64,000 nucleotides of DNA from Thermoanaerobaculia bacterium (GTDB taxonomy: Bacteria; Acidobacteriota; Thermoanaerobaculia; UBA5066). Every line of letters starts with the position of its first letter. The first letter of the stretch is position 1. A program made the translations under genes and the position numbers. Positions 28,648 to 38,222 of this stretch are shown here, in pieces. The stretch spans positions 320,001 through 384,000 of the forward strand of contig CAWFJJ010000028.1 in the NCBI GenBank assembly GCA_963816185.1. The letters are read 5' to 3'. The notes under the pieces were generated by a model. It did no database searches and had not been told where the DNA came from. It was given only the letters and a program-made list of their open reading frames with translations.

Positions 28648-29985
28648 ATGAGAAAGGCGCTACTCCTTCAGTACGCAGACGTCCTGTTCAACTCGATCCC
28701 GCACGCCATCTTCACCGTCGACGAGCGCTGTCAGATCACCCAATTCAACAAGACGGCCGAGCAGATAACAGGATGGAGATGTGAGGAAGTGCTCGGCCGC
28801 CGCTGCGCCGAGGTCCTGCGCAGCCAGAGCTGCGAACACGGCTGCGTGCTGCAGGACAGCATGAAGGGCGGCGAGAAGCACCGCGATGACGAGACGATGA
28901 TCCTGACCCGGGACGGACGGACCGTCGCCCATCGCCGTGAGCACCGCAGCGCTCCGGGACGGGGAGGGTCGCCTCATCGGCGGGGTGGAGATGTTCCGGG
29001 ATCTTTCCGAGGTCGCGGAGCTTCGACGAAAGCTCCTCGGGACCTACGTGTGCGAGGACATCATCACGAAGAGCAACGCCATGCAAGGCGTGCGTGAGAT
29101 CCTCCCGCTCGTGGCCCGGAGCGACAGCACCGTCCTCATCGAAGGGGAGCCGGGAACGGGAAAGGAGCTCGTGGCTCGGGCGATCCACAACCTCGGCCCG
29201 CGCCGAGAGCGTCCCTTCGTGGCGGTCAACTGCGGCGCCATCCCGGATACGCTCGTCGAGTCGGAGCTCTTCGGCCACCTGCAAGGCGCCTTCACGGACG
29301 CCAAGAGAGACAAGCCGGGCCGTTTCGCGGTCGCGGAAGGGGGAAGCCTCTCTGCTGGACGAGGTGGGCGAGCTGTCGCCGTCGGTCCAGGTCAAGCTCC
29401 TTCGCGTGCTGCAGGAGCGGAAGTACACGCCGCTGGGCGGGGTCGAGGCGATCAAGGCTGACGTCCGAGATCCTGGCGGCCACCAACCGGGACCTCTCGG
29501 CCGAGGTGCTGAAGGGGCGTTTCCGGCAGGACCTCTACTTCCGTCTCAACGTCGTCCGGGTCACGTTGCCGCCGCTGCGCAGCCGGACCGAGGACATCCC
29601 GCTCCTCGTGCAGCACTTCATCGCGCGCTTCAACGCCCTGCAGGGACGGAGAATCAAGGGGATTTCCGTGCACGCGATGGCTGCGCTTCTCGCCCATTCA
29701 TTTCCCGGCAACGTGAGGGAGCTGGAGAACGCCATCGAGCACGCCTTCGTCGTGTGTTGCTCGAATACGATCGAGGTCGGGGACCTCCCGCTGCACGTCG
29801 GGCGCGACACGGCCATCCCCCACACGCACGCGAAGGACGATCTCGCGCCGCTGGAACAAGCCGAGTGCCTCACCATTCGCGAGGCCCTGGACCGCCACCG
29901 GAGGAATCGGGGCGAAACGGCGAAGGATCTGGGGATCTCCCGAAACACCCTTTGGCGCAAGATGAAGGCCTATGGAATAGCATAA
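28648..29985 (+). CDS. PAS-domain sigma54-dependent enhancer-binding protein with Fis HTH (frameshifted)
   Basis: GEPGTGKE, FVAVNCGA, ESELFGH..GAFTDA, LLDEVGE, FRQDLYFRLN, FPGNVRELEN, LGISRNTLWRK. Confidence 0.88.
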
Positions 29986-30072
29986 GGGTCACTCGGCGGG
30001 ATCGCCCGGAACCTGGACCATCTGATCTGACGGTTGCGCGAATGGGGCCTGCCGGAGGCAAGGAGATCCCCG

Positions 30073-30885
30073 ATGGCGGTCGTGACCGTATCGCGCGGAG
30101 CGGGGAGCAAGGGCCAAGTCTTCGCGCAGGACCTCGCCGCCCGTCTCGACTACGAGATCGTGAGCCGCGAGGACGTGGTTCAGGAGGCTGCGAAGCACGG
30201 GGTCCCGGCCGAGAGGCTGCAGAAGGCGCTCCTCGAAGCTCCCGGCTTCTGGGACCGGCTCTCCCTGGACCGCAAGCGCTACCTGGCGTTCGTGCAGGAG
30301 GCTTTGGCGGAACGTGCGCGCAAGGACCGAATCGTCTACGAGGGAAACGCAGGCCACCTGCTGCTCCGCGGAATCTCGCACGTCGTGTGCATACGCCTCC
30401 TTGCTCCCCTCTCCCAGCGCGTCCAGACGGCGATGGAAAGCCTCGGGATGGACGACACCAACGCGCTCCGGTACATCGAAGACTCGGATCGCGAACGTGA
30501 GAATTGGACGCGCTTCCTTTACGGAGTCGACTGGCTCGATCCGACCCTGTATGACGTCACGCTCAACCTGAGGACCCTCGCGCTCGGGGGTGCCGTCGAT
30601 GCGGCGCTGGCGGTGGTCCAGCGTCCGGAGTTCGCTCCGACAGACGACAGCCGGCTCGCGATGGATAACCTCCTGCTCGAGAGCCGCGTTCGGGCTGCCC
30701 TGGCGGCGGAGGACGAGACCGCCGCAGCGGCCGTCCAGGTCCTTGCCAATCGGGGGGTCGTTTCGCTGCGCGGCCGGGTCCGCCCGAGCCGGATGGTCGA
30801 TGCCGTCGTCGGCGTCGTGCGCCATGTGGAGGGTGTGAGGCAGATCGACCAGCGAGACCTCGACGCCCCCGAGTACACCGTCTAG
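30073..30885 (+). CDS. Cytidylate-kinase-like family protein with C-terminal BON domain
   Basis: VVTVSRGAGSKG, LAARLDYEIVSRE, D..R..W.RFLYGVDWLDPTLYD; BON-like GVVSLRGRV..VEGVRQI. Confidence 0.8.
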   Translation: MAVVTVSRGAGSKGQVFAQDLAARLDYEIVSREDVVQEAAKHGVPAERLQKALLEAPGFWDRLSLDRKRYLAFVQEALAERARKDRIVYEGNAGHLLLRGISHVVCIRLLAPLSQRVQTAMESLGMDDTNALRYIEDSDRERENWTRFLYGVDWLDPTLYDVTLNLRTLALGGAVDAALAVVQRPEFAPTDDSRLAMDNLLLESRVRAALAAEDETAAAAVQVLANRGVVSLRGRVRPSRMVDAVVGVVRHVEGVRQIDQRDLDAPEYTV

Positions 30886-30925
30886 CCCCGCGACGCCTGC
30901 GCGGGAAGCGCTAGGGGCGGGACCG

Positions 30926-31303
30926 TCAGATTTGGAAGCCTCCGGTCAGGCTCACGATGAGGTCCCGCAGCTGGGTGATCTTGAACGGCTTGGGAATGAA
31001 CTCCGCGGCTCCGCTCCTCAGGGCTTCGCGGGCCGTCTCCACGGTGGCGAAGCCGGTGATGATGATCACCTTGGTCGCGGGGGCCTGCTCTCTCGCGAAC
31101 CGGAGGACGTCGATGCCGTCCGGCCCCTGCATCTTGAGATCCGTGACGAGGACGTCGAACTTCTTTTCCATGAGCCGGTCGATGGCCTTTTGGCTCTCGG
31201 TGTAGGTCTCCACCTCGAATCCGCTCTTTTCCAGGGCGGGCTTGAGCCTCTCGCACACGATGGGCTCGTCGTCGAGGATCAGGATCTGTCGTTTGCCCTT
31301 CAT
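30926..31303 (-). CDS. Single-domain response regulator
   Basis: ILILDDEP, DVLVTDLKM, IITGFAT, FIPKPF. Confidence 0.88.
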   Translation of the reverse strand: MKGKRQILILDDEPIVCERLKPALEKSGFEVETYTESQKAIDRLMEKKFDVLVTDLKMQGPDGIDVLRFAREQAPATKVIIITGFATVETAREALRSGAAEFIPKPFKITQLRDLIVSLTGGFQI

Positions 31304-33903
31304 GACGGCTGTCGTCTCCTCTCCGCGCCGCCTCCGTCTCCTCGAGAGAATGCGAAGTACCGGCCCTCCATGAAGCTGTTCGCGTATTGCTCGACGAGGC
31401 GGTCGTCACGCAGGAGGACGTCGAGCTGTCTCGTGAAGCCGATCAACCGTCCGATCATCCGCAAACGCTCGATCGTGGCCTCATAAGGAATCTTGTTGAC
31501 CCTTCCGATCACGAGATCCCCCGATGCCTCCACGACGAAGTCGTGGGCCATGAGAATGCGCCTGAGGAGCGCAGCGCGCCGCGACCTGCGGGTCATTTCG
31601 GTGACCCCGCCGGCGAACCGAAAATAGATGTAATTGTCGTTCCGGACCTTGGAGACGAGGGCGTCCACGATGTTGAAGTGATACCCAAGACGGAGGCTCA
31701 GGTTGAGATAGTCGTCGGAGACGATGGCCACGTTCAACTCGGGACGCATGGCCAGCTCGTCGGTCAGCGCCTGGGAGCGCGTCAGGCTCGACATGAATCC
31801 ATCGAGGTCCATATCCGCCGGTCCGGTGGCCCAAACGCCTTCGGTCGTCATCCCTTCGATCACGGCCCGGAGCGGAAGAGACGCCACCTGATCCGGGCGC
31901 AGATGCGCCGTTTCCTCACTGCGTTCGACGCCTCCACCCAGATCGATGACGACGAGGTCGAGCGGCACCCGGAGATCCAGCCGGCGGACGTATCGGCCGC
32001 CGAGCCGGGGCGTCAAGTCGTGGCCCTCGGCGAGCTCCTCCATGGCCTTTTCGTGGGCGAACCGGATGATGTCGTGGTACGTCCTGCAATACTGCGGAAA
32101 GAAGTTCGCTCCGCGCGGGTCCTTGAGGTTGAGCGGCGCGATCTTCTTGAGCATCCTTCGCAGCAAACGAAACTCCGGCGCGTCCGAATAGGTCTCGCGG
32201 CGGAGAAGCTGGTCGTCGAGAAGCTCGGTGACGCACCCTTCGTAAACCACGTTCTCCTCCGCGTCGACGGTGACCTCGGCAACGCCCTTGAGAACTTGCG
32301 TCGCGTTCCCGGTGTCGACGATGGTGGGGACATGGAACTCCCTCGCGATCGCCGCCAGGTGGCCGGTGGAGGTACCGATGTCGGTGATGACGGCGCTGGC
32401 CTGGGCGACGGTCGCGGCGAGGCGCGGAGAGGAGGTCCGCGCCACCAGCACGACGCCCTGCGGAATGGACTCCGCCTCTTCGCCGCCCGTCAGGACGTGC
32501 ACGGGCCCTGCGCCGATGCCCCGGCAGGCCACGACGCCCTGGTCCTTCAGGAGGACGGAATACCGGCTCGTCACCTCGGAAAGGTCGCGGGGCCGCGGGG
32601 CCGCGGCGGCCGTGAGGCGGAGCGGCCTGGCTTGCAGAATGAAGAGGCGCCCCTCGGGATCGATCGCCCATTCGATGTCCTGTGCGGCCTTCATGTACCT
32701 TTCGACCCGGAGGGCGGCGTCGACCACCGACGCGATCTCTTCGTCCGAGACCGAGGAGGCCGCCCGTTCGGCCGAGGGGACCGGAACGCGCTCCACCTTC
32801 CCGCTTCGACCGACGACGTACATTTCGTCTTTGTGGGCCACCGACCTCGAGAGCAGGGCGTGCGGCACGTCCCGCGACACCTCGAACCGGTCTACGGGGA
32901 CGTTTCCCTCGACGACGGCCCGGCCAAGGCCGCGGGCCGCGCCGATCTGGAGGACCCGTCTCGACGGATCGTTGGGGTCGAGAGTGTAGACGACGCCCGA
33001 CGCGCGGGCCGGGACCATGGCGAGACAGCCCACGGCCATCACCCCGTGCGCCGGATCGAGGCCTCCCGCCTTCCGGTACTGCATGACTCCGGCCGAGAAA
33101 AGGCTTGCGACGACTTGTCTGTACGCCGCGAGGACGTCGGCCGAGGCGACCCCGAGCTCGGTTGCATATTGCCCGGCGAAGCTGAGCTCGCCGTCTTCAC
33201 CGAGCGCGCTGCTCCGTACGGCGAGCGCGGGGAGCCGGCATTTTCCCTTGAGGTCATCGAGCGCGTTGCGGACTGCACGCGAGAGCTCCTTCGGAATCCC
33301 GGCGGCCTTGACCCGGGACTGGAGCTCCTCCGATAGGTCCGCGAGCTCGGTCGGGTAACCCGTTTGACTCTTGGCACGCCAGCGCTCGATGGCCTCGGTC
33401 GTGCCGGCATGCTCGAGAAACCGTTGGCAGGCGTATGCCGTGATCGCAAAGCCCTCGGGAACCCTGCAGCCCTCCAGCTTCCTGAGGGAGCCGAGGCGAG
33501 CCATCTTCGCGCCGACGGCGTCGGCCAACTCCTCGCCGATGCTCTCGATGGGGATGACGTAGTCGGCCTCCGGGACGAAGATGCGCGACTCCAGGGTGGC
33601 TCGAACGGAGGCGTCGGCGCGCTTCAGCGCGTCCACGAGGTCCGGATAACGGTCGCCGGTGATTGCGTTGAGGTTGAAGACGACGGCGCGAGTGGCCGTC
33701 TCGAGCTCCTTCGCCAGGGTGACGAGCGAGTTACGATCGAAGACGTACTCGCCCCCGAGCATCTCGCCCGCCTGCGCGATGAGCTCGAGCACCTGGTTGT
33801 TCTTGTCGACGAGGTCGCGCAGCTCCCCGATCCTCCGGCGCACGGCCTCGACGGTGTCTTCGGTGCGACGGCCGCCGGTGACTTTCTTCCAGAAGCTTGC
33901 CAT
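31300..33903 (-). CDS. PEP-synthase/PPDK-like phosphotransferase (ATP-grasp + phospho-His swivel domain, no PEP-binding barrel)
   Basis: VGAKMARLG, AVRSSALGEDG, SFAGQY, QDIEWA, ILQARP, TSTGHLAAIARE; non-TIM C-terminus (HDIIRFAHE, RLGYHF). Confidence 0.82.
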   Translation of the reverse strand: MASFWKKVTGGRRTEDTVEAVRRRIGELRDLVDKNNQVLELIAQAGEMLGGEYVFDRNSLVTLAKELETATRAVVFNLNAITGDRYPDLVDALKRADASVRATLESRIFVPEADYVIPIESIGEELADAVGAKMARLGSLRKLEGCRVPEGFAITAYACQRFLEHAGTTEAIERWRAKSQTGYPTELADLSEELQSRVKAAGIPKELSRAVRNALDDLKGKCRLPALAVRSSALGEDGELSFAGQYATELGVASADVLAAYRQVVASLFSAGVMQYRKAGGLDPAHGVMAVGCLAMVPARASGVVYTLDPNDPSRRVLQIGAARGLGRAVVEGNVPVDRFEVSRDVPHALLSRSVAHKDEMYVVGRSGKVERVPVPSAERAASSVSDEEIASVVDAALRVERYMKAAQDIEWAIDPEGRLFILQARPLRLTAAAAPRPRDLSEVTSRYSVLLKDQGVVACRGIGAGPVHVLTGGEEAESIPQGVVLVARTSSPRLAATVAQASAVITDIGTSTGHLAAIAREFHVPTIVDTGNATQVLKGVAEVTVDAEENVVYEGCVTELLDDQLLRRETYSDAPEFRLLRRMLKKIAPLNLKDPRGANFFPQYCRTYHDIIRFAHEKAMEELAEGHDLTPRLGGRYVRRLDLRVPLDLVVIDLGGGVERSEETAHLRPDQVASLPLRAVIEGMTTEGVWATGPADMDLDGFMSSLTRSQALTDELAMRPELNVAIVSDDYLNLSLRLGYHFNIVDALVSKVRNDNYIYFRFAGGVTEMTRRSRRAALLRRILMAHDFVVEASGDLVIGRVNKIPYEATIERLRMIGRLIGFTRQLDVLLRDDRLVEQYANSFMEGRYFAFSRGDGGGAERRRQPS

Positions 33904-33917
33904 GGCCGCGAGGCGAC

Positions 33918-34769
33918 CTACTTGCGCCGCTTCGAGCCGCGGCCGAAGGCAATCCCCGTCAGCATGCCCGCGGCGATCGCGAGCAGCACCGACGCGATCC
34001 CGTAAAGGAGGCCGCGTTCGTGAGCCATCCTCGAGGTGAAGGCGGCAAAGCCCACCTGCCTGAGGAGCACGGTCGTTTCTCCCACGAGGGCGCCGTTTCC
34101 ATCCCGGAAGGAGAACAGCCGGACCTGGTAGCTGCCGGGAGGTGTGCGCGGCGGCAGGAACAGGTCCGCGGCCACTTCGAGCCGATCCGGAACGCCGCGT
34201 TCCAGGGCGACGGCGCCCTCCACGACGGAGAAGAGTTCTTCGTGCGTTTTCAGGCGCACGAGCTCGCGAAAGGTCGCGTGGACGTCGCCGGAGGAATCCG
34301 TTGGAGTCGCCCGAGCCTCGAGGCCGCCGTAGCCCACCCCGAGGCGGGCGAGAACGTCGAGGGGAGCGAGCTGCGCCACGGGCGCGGAGGTACGGAGAAC
34401 ATAGAGGGAGGGGACGTGATCGAACGCAACGTCGGCCGTGTTCATCCAGAAGAGGCCCCAGACGCGTCCTTTCCGCTTGAGATCCAATCTGGTCTCATTG
34501 CCAACGCACAACACGGCGGCCTGGTGGCCGGCCGGGATCGTTCCGAGGACTTGCAGCGTGGTCCCGTTGAAAAAAAGGTCGACGCCGATGCGAGCAGGAG
34601 TCACCGCGAGCCCGCCTTGGGCGGCCGGAACGGCAGGAGGTGTCGTGCTGAATCCTCGGTCCGATCGGAGCGCGACACCCAGCAGGCTCAGAGCCAGCAG
34701 GCCGAAGCCCAGGGTCTCCCCGAGGCGTGGGGATTTCGAGGTCCGCGAATCTCGCCGGAGGCCGCGCAT
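33918..34769 (-). CDS. TIGR02186-family membrane protein
   Basis: FFNGTTL, LKRKGRVWGLFWMN, PSLY, PPGSYQV, LLYGIASVLLAIAAG; adjacent to TauE. Start uncertain. Confidence 0.75.
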   Translation of the reverse strand: MRGLRRDSRTSKSPRLGETLGFGLLALSLLGVALRSDRGFSTTPPAVPAAQGGLAVTPARIGVDLFFNGTTLQVLGTIPAGHQAAVLCVGNETRLDLKRKGRVWGLFWMNTADVAFDHVPSLYVLRTSAPVAQLAPLDVLARLGVGYGGLEARATPTDSSGDVHATFRELVRLKTHEELFSVVEGAVALERGVPDRLEVAADLFLPPRTPPGSYQVRLFSFRDGNGALVGETTVLLRQVGFAAFTSRMAHERGLLYGIASVLLAIAAGMLTGIAFGRGSKRRK

Positions 34770-34772
34770 CGC

Positions 34773-35702
34773 TCAGTGCCCTCCTCCGTAGCCGAGCATC
34801 ACGTCCGGGCGAAGGAGCAGGCTCAGGAGCATCTTCACCATGACGACCAGGACGATGACGGACATCAGGATCTTGAGCTGATCGGCCTGCAGCCGTTTGC
34901 TGAACCGTGCGCCGAGCTGCGCACCGATGACCGATCCGATGAGCAGGATCAGCGCCAGGACGACATCCACGGTGTGGTTGACCGTGGCCTGGAGGATCGT
35001 CACGTTGATACACGTCGCGAGAATCTGAAAGAGGCTCGTCCCGACGACCACGTGCATCGGCATACGGAGGAGATACACCATGACCGGAACCATGATGAAT
35101 CCGCCCCCCACCCCCATGACGGCGGCGAGCACGCCGACCACGATTCCGAAGAAAACGGGCACAAGCGCCGAGAAAGTGACGTTCGAGCGCGCGAAATGCG
35201 TCCTGAGCGGAAGCGCATCGAGGAGGCGCGTGACTGCCGAGCGGCGCTCTTCAACGCCTTCTCGAGGCGGCCGCCGGCCTCCGCGCAACCCCTGGAGGCT
35301 CTCGGCGAACATGTAGCTGCCGATCCCGCCCAGCATGAGAACGTAAGTCGCGGTGATCGCGAAGTTCGCCTCTCCGACGCTGCGGAGGAGCCTGATCACC
35401 AGGACGCCGAGCGATCCGCCGACGACTCCGCCGGCGAGCAGGAGGCCGCCCATCTTGAAGTCCACGGAGCCGGCCCTCGCGTGAGCGTAGGTCCCCGAAG
35501 CCGAAGCCGCCACGATCTGGTTGGAATCCGAGGCCGCCGCGATCGTCGCCGGAACCCCGATCATCATGAGAAGGGGAGTCATCAAGAAACCGCCTCCCAC
35601 CCCGAAGAGGCCCGAGAGAAAACCGACGAGCCCGCCGAGCCCCAGGAGGAGAAAGACGTTGACGGCGTTGCCGGCGATCGGGAGGTACACCGAGAAGGTC
35701 AT
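34773..35702 (-). CDS. Sulfite exporter TauE/SafE family protein
   Basis: YLPIAG, GFLSGLFGVGGGFLMTPLL, MGVGGGFIMVP, VVGTSLFQI. Confidence 0.88.
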   Translation of the reverse strand: MTFSVYLPIAGNAVNVFLLLGLGGLVGFLSGLFGVGGGFLMTPLLMMIGVPATIAAASDSNQIVAASASGTYAHARAGSVDFKMGGLLLAGGVVGGSLGVLVIRLLRSVGEANFAITATYVLMLGGIGSYMFAESLQGLRGGRRPPREGVEERRSAVTRLLDALPLRTHFARSNVTFSALVPVFFGIVVGVLAAVMGVGGGFIMVPVMVYLLRMPMHVVVGTSLFQILATCINVTILQATVNHTVDVVLALILLIGSVIGAQLGARFSKRLQADQLKILMSVIVLVVMVKMLLSLLLRPDVMLGYGGGH

Positions 35703-35710
35703 GTGATCCG

Positions 35711-37231
35711 TCAAGCCTCCTTTTCTTGCTTCCGGGCGACAGGCAGAAAGACGGTGAACGTCGTCCCCTTGCCGACCTCGCTTTCGACCGCGATCTTGCC
35801 GCCGTGCTTCTCCACGATCGTGTGCGCCACCGTGAGGCCGAGCCCCGTGCCTTGCCCGGCCTCTTTCGTCGTGAAGAAGGGATCGAAAATCTTGCCTAAG
35901 TTCTCGGCCGCGATTCCCACGCCGGAGTCGCTGATCTCGATGCGAACCTGGGAATCCCCTTCGGGGCGCGCTCGAATGCCGAGCACGCCGCCCTTCGGCA
36001 TCGCCTGGATTCCGTTGAGGCAGAGGTTCAGGAACACCTGCTGAAGGTTGCGGGGATTGCCCAGGATGGTGGGCAAGGTCCCGTCGAGATCCAAGCAGGC
36101 CTCGACCTTCGCCAGGCTGACCTCGTTGGCGATCAGCCTGAGGGTCGATTCGAGGAGCCGCGGAACGGCTACCCGCGTGAAGGCGGGCTGGTCCTTGCGT
36201 GTGAAATCGAGGAGCTGGGAGACGGTCGCGCTCGCCCGCTCCACCTGCGTGGCGATCTGGCCGAGCATGTGGATCTTCTCGTCGTCCGAGAAGCTCGCAA
36301 AGTCACTGAGCAAGGTCTCGGTTGTCAGGCTGAGGTTATTGAGCGGGTTATTCAGCTCGTGGGCGATTCCGGAGGTCAAGGACCCCACCGCGGCCATGCG
36401 CTCCGAGTGGACCAATCTCTCTTGGTGAGCCTTGAGCTCGTGCATCGTGCGGTTCATCGCCATGGCGAGGTTCGAGAACTCGTCGCGGTACCTGCGTACC
36501 GGCGTAATGGGCGAATAGTCTCCTTCGCCGATGCGCTCCATGTATCGCATGAAACGCCCGAGCGGCTGCAGAACCGTGCGGGCGAGAAAGGCTCCGACGA
36601 GGGCCATCGTGACGACCATGAAGACGAGGAACCCGACCGCGGACACCATGGCGGTGTTGAGCGCGGCGTGCACGGCAAGGCGCTCCTGGTCGAGCGCTTC
36701 CTGCGCATCCACGACGATCTGCGCACCGTGACGCCGCAGGAGGGTCTGGACGCCCAGCCGTTCGTCCGCATGCGGCGCAGCCGGGTCTCGGGTCAGATGA
36801 AGGAGGCGCTCGAGATTCGTCTGGTAGGCGCCGAGGCTGGCGCGCATGCTGGCGAGCTTCCCGGCGCCGAGAACCGACGCCAGCTCTTGTCGATTGCGGT
36901 CGAGGGTGGCATCCGCCATGTGAACGCTCGTGAGGGCGTCGTCGAGGTTCGTCCCGTACAGGAAGAAGTTCTTCTCGTAGCGGCGAGCCTGCTGAATCTC
37001 GAACTCGTAGCCTGCGGCCCGCTCGAGGAAGCCCTGCTTGACCTTGAGGTTCGAGATGAGCAACACGGCCGTCACGGTGATGGCCGACAAGACGACGAAG
37101 ACGGCGCCAAAAGCGGCGGCGATGCGCACCGCGACGCTGATCCGCGGACGTTGGAAAAGGGCCCGCTGCGCTTCGAGCTCTGGCCCGTCGTCGACTGCTT
37201 CTGGTCGAGGCGATGGTTCCGGAGAGGTCAC
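35711..37231 (-). CDS. Membrane HAMP sensor histidine kinase
   Basis: Two TMs, ARRYEKNFFLY, HAMP, GIAHELNNPL, QVFLN, DSGVGI, FFTTK, GTGLGL. Start uncertain (up to 37372). Confidence 0.85.
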   Translation of the reverse strand: MTSPEPSPRPEAVDDGPELEAQRALFQRPRISVAVRIAAAFGAVFVVLSAITVTAVLLISNLKVKQGFLERAAGYEFEIQQARRYEKNFFLYGTNLDDALTSVHMADATLDRNRQELASVLGAGKLASMRASLGAYQTNLERLLHLTRDPAAPHADERLGVQTLLRRHGAQIVVDAQEALDQERLAVHAALNTAMVSAVGFLVFMVVTMALVGAFLARTVLQPLGRFMRYMERIGEGDYSPITPVRRYRDEFSNLAMAMNRTMHELKAHQERLVHSERMAAVGSLTSGIAHELNNPLNNLSLTTETLLSDFASFSDDEKIHMLGQIATQVERASATVSQLLDFTRKDQPAFTRVAVPRLLESTLRLIANEVSLAKVEACLDLDGTLPTILGNPRNLQQVFLNLCLNGIQAMPKGGVLGIRARPEGDSQVRIEISDSGVGIAAENLGKIFDPFFTTKEAGQGTGLGLTVAHTIVEKHGGKIAVESEVGKGTTFTVFLPVARKQEKEA

Positions 37232-37373
37232 GCGCGAGACCCCTCGAGCAGGCTCTCGAAGGGCGCGAGAACGGACCTCTTCACGATATCTCATCGTGGC
37301 ATCGTTCCGGCGTCGCGTCAACACACGGAAAACATCGCCGGAACCTGATCTATGATCTCGTTCCGTGGGCACG

Positions 37374-38222
37374 ATGCTGCTTCAGGCAGTCGCGTCCGGC
37401 CTCGTGCTCGGCCTCGTCTATGCCGGAATCGGGGCCGGCTTCTCGCTCATCATGACGACCGGACGCCTGATGAATCTCGCCCACGGGGAGTTCGTTCTCG
37501 TCGGCGGCTACATCCTCTTTGTTCTTTGTCGTGGCTTCGGATGGCCGTGGGCGCCCGCCCTCGCGTTGACCGTGCTCGGCGGGGCGCTTCTCGGGGCCGC
37601 GCTGCCCCCTCTCGTCCGCCGGCTGCCCCGGCGCGAGGTGGACGGACTGGCGATGACACTCGGCGTCGCTTTCGTGCTTCAGAGTCTCCTTCTGCAGGTT
37701 GCGGGCGCGACTTATCGTGTGATACCGGGCGGGACCTGGTCGCGAACGATCGCGCTCGGGCCGGTGACTCTGAGCCGGGTCGCGCTCCTCGCGGCCGGTG
37801 CGGCGGCGGCGGCCCTCGTCGGGCTCGATGTCTGGCTCCACACGTCCTGGACCGGCTCAGGCCTCAGAGCGGTCAGTCAGTCCCGGTCCGCTGCGGCCTG
37901 CCTCGGGATCTCTCCGTCCCGGATGGAGTGGGCGGCTTTTCTCGCGGGGGGAGCAATTGCGGCCGGCGCCGGCGGGCTCGTCCTTCTGACCCGCTTTCTC
38001 ACCCCGGGGGAAGGTCCGGCCTGGACGCTCGTGGCTCTCGCCGTCGTCTTCCTGGCCGCGCGTTCCCGAGCGGGTGCCCTCATCGCGGCGGGAGTCGCGC
38101 TCGGAGTCGTCGAATCGCTTGCGACGGTGCTCGTGGGAGGCGGGTGGCGCGAGATCGTGTCGAGCGGTTGCGTCCTGCTCTGGCTTCTTCTTCCCGGGAG
38201 GTCGGTGGTCACCGATGCGTGA
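37374..38222 (+). CDS. Branched-chain amino acid ABC transporter permease (LivH-like)
   Basis: GLVLGLVYA..GFSLI..MNLAHGEF, G..LRAVSQ..AA..LGI. Confidence 0.8.
   Translation: MLLQAVASGLVLGLVYAGIGAGFSLIMTTGRLMNLAHGEFVLVGGYILFVLCRGFGWPWAPALALTVLGGALLGAALPPLVRRLPRREVDGLAMTLGVAFVLQSLLLQVAGATYRVIPGGTWSRTIALGPVTLSRVALLAAGAAAAALVGLDVWLHTSWTGSGLRAVSQSRSAAACLGISPSRMEWAAFLAGGAIAAGAGGLVLLTRFLTPGEGPAWTLVALAVVFLAARSRAGALIAAGVALGVVESLATVLVGGGWREIVSSGCVLLWLLLPGRSVVTDA

Noticed and set aside
37297-37311. Possible sigma54 promoter TGGCATCGTTCCGGC upstream of the ABC permease
   Set aside because: Spacing fits but the -12 element lacks TTGC; likely chance in GC-rich DNA.
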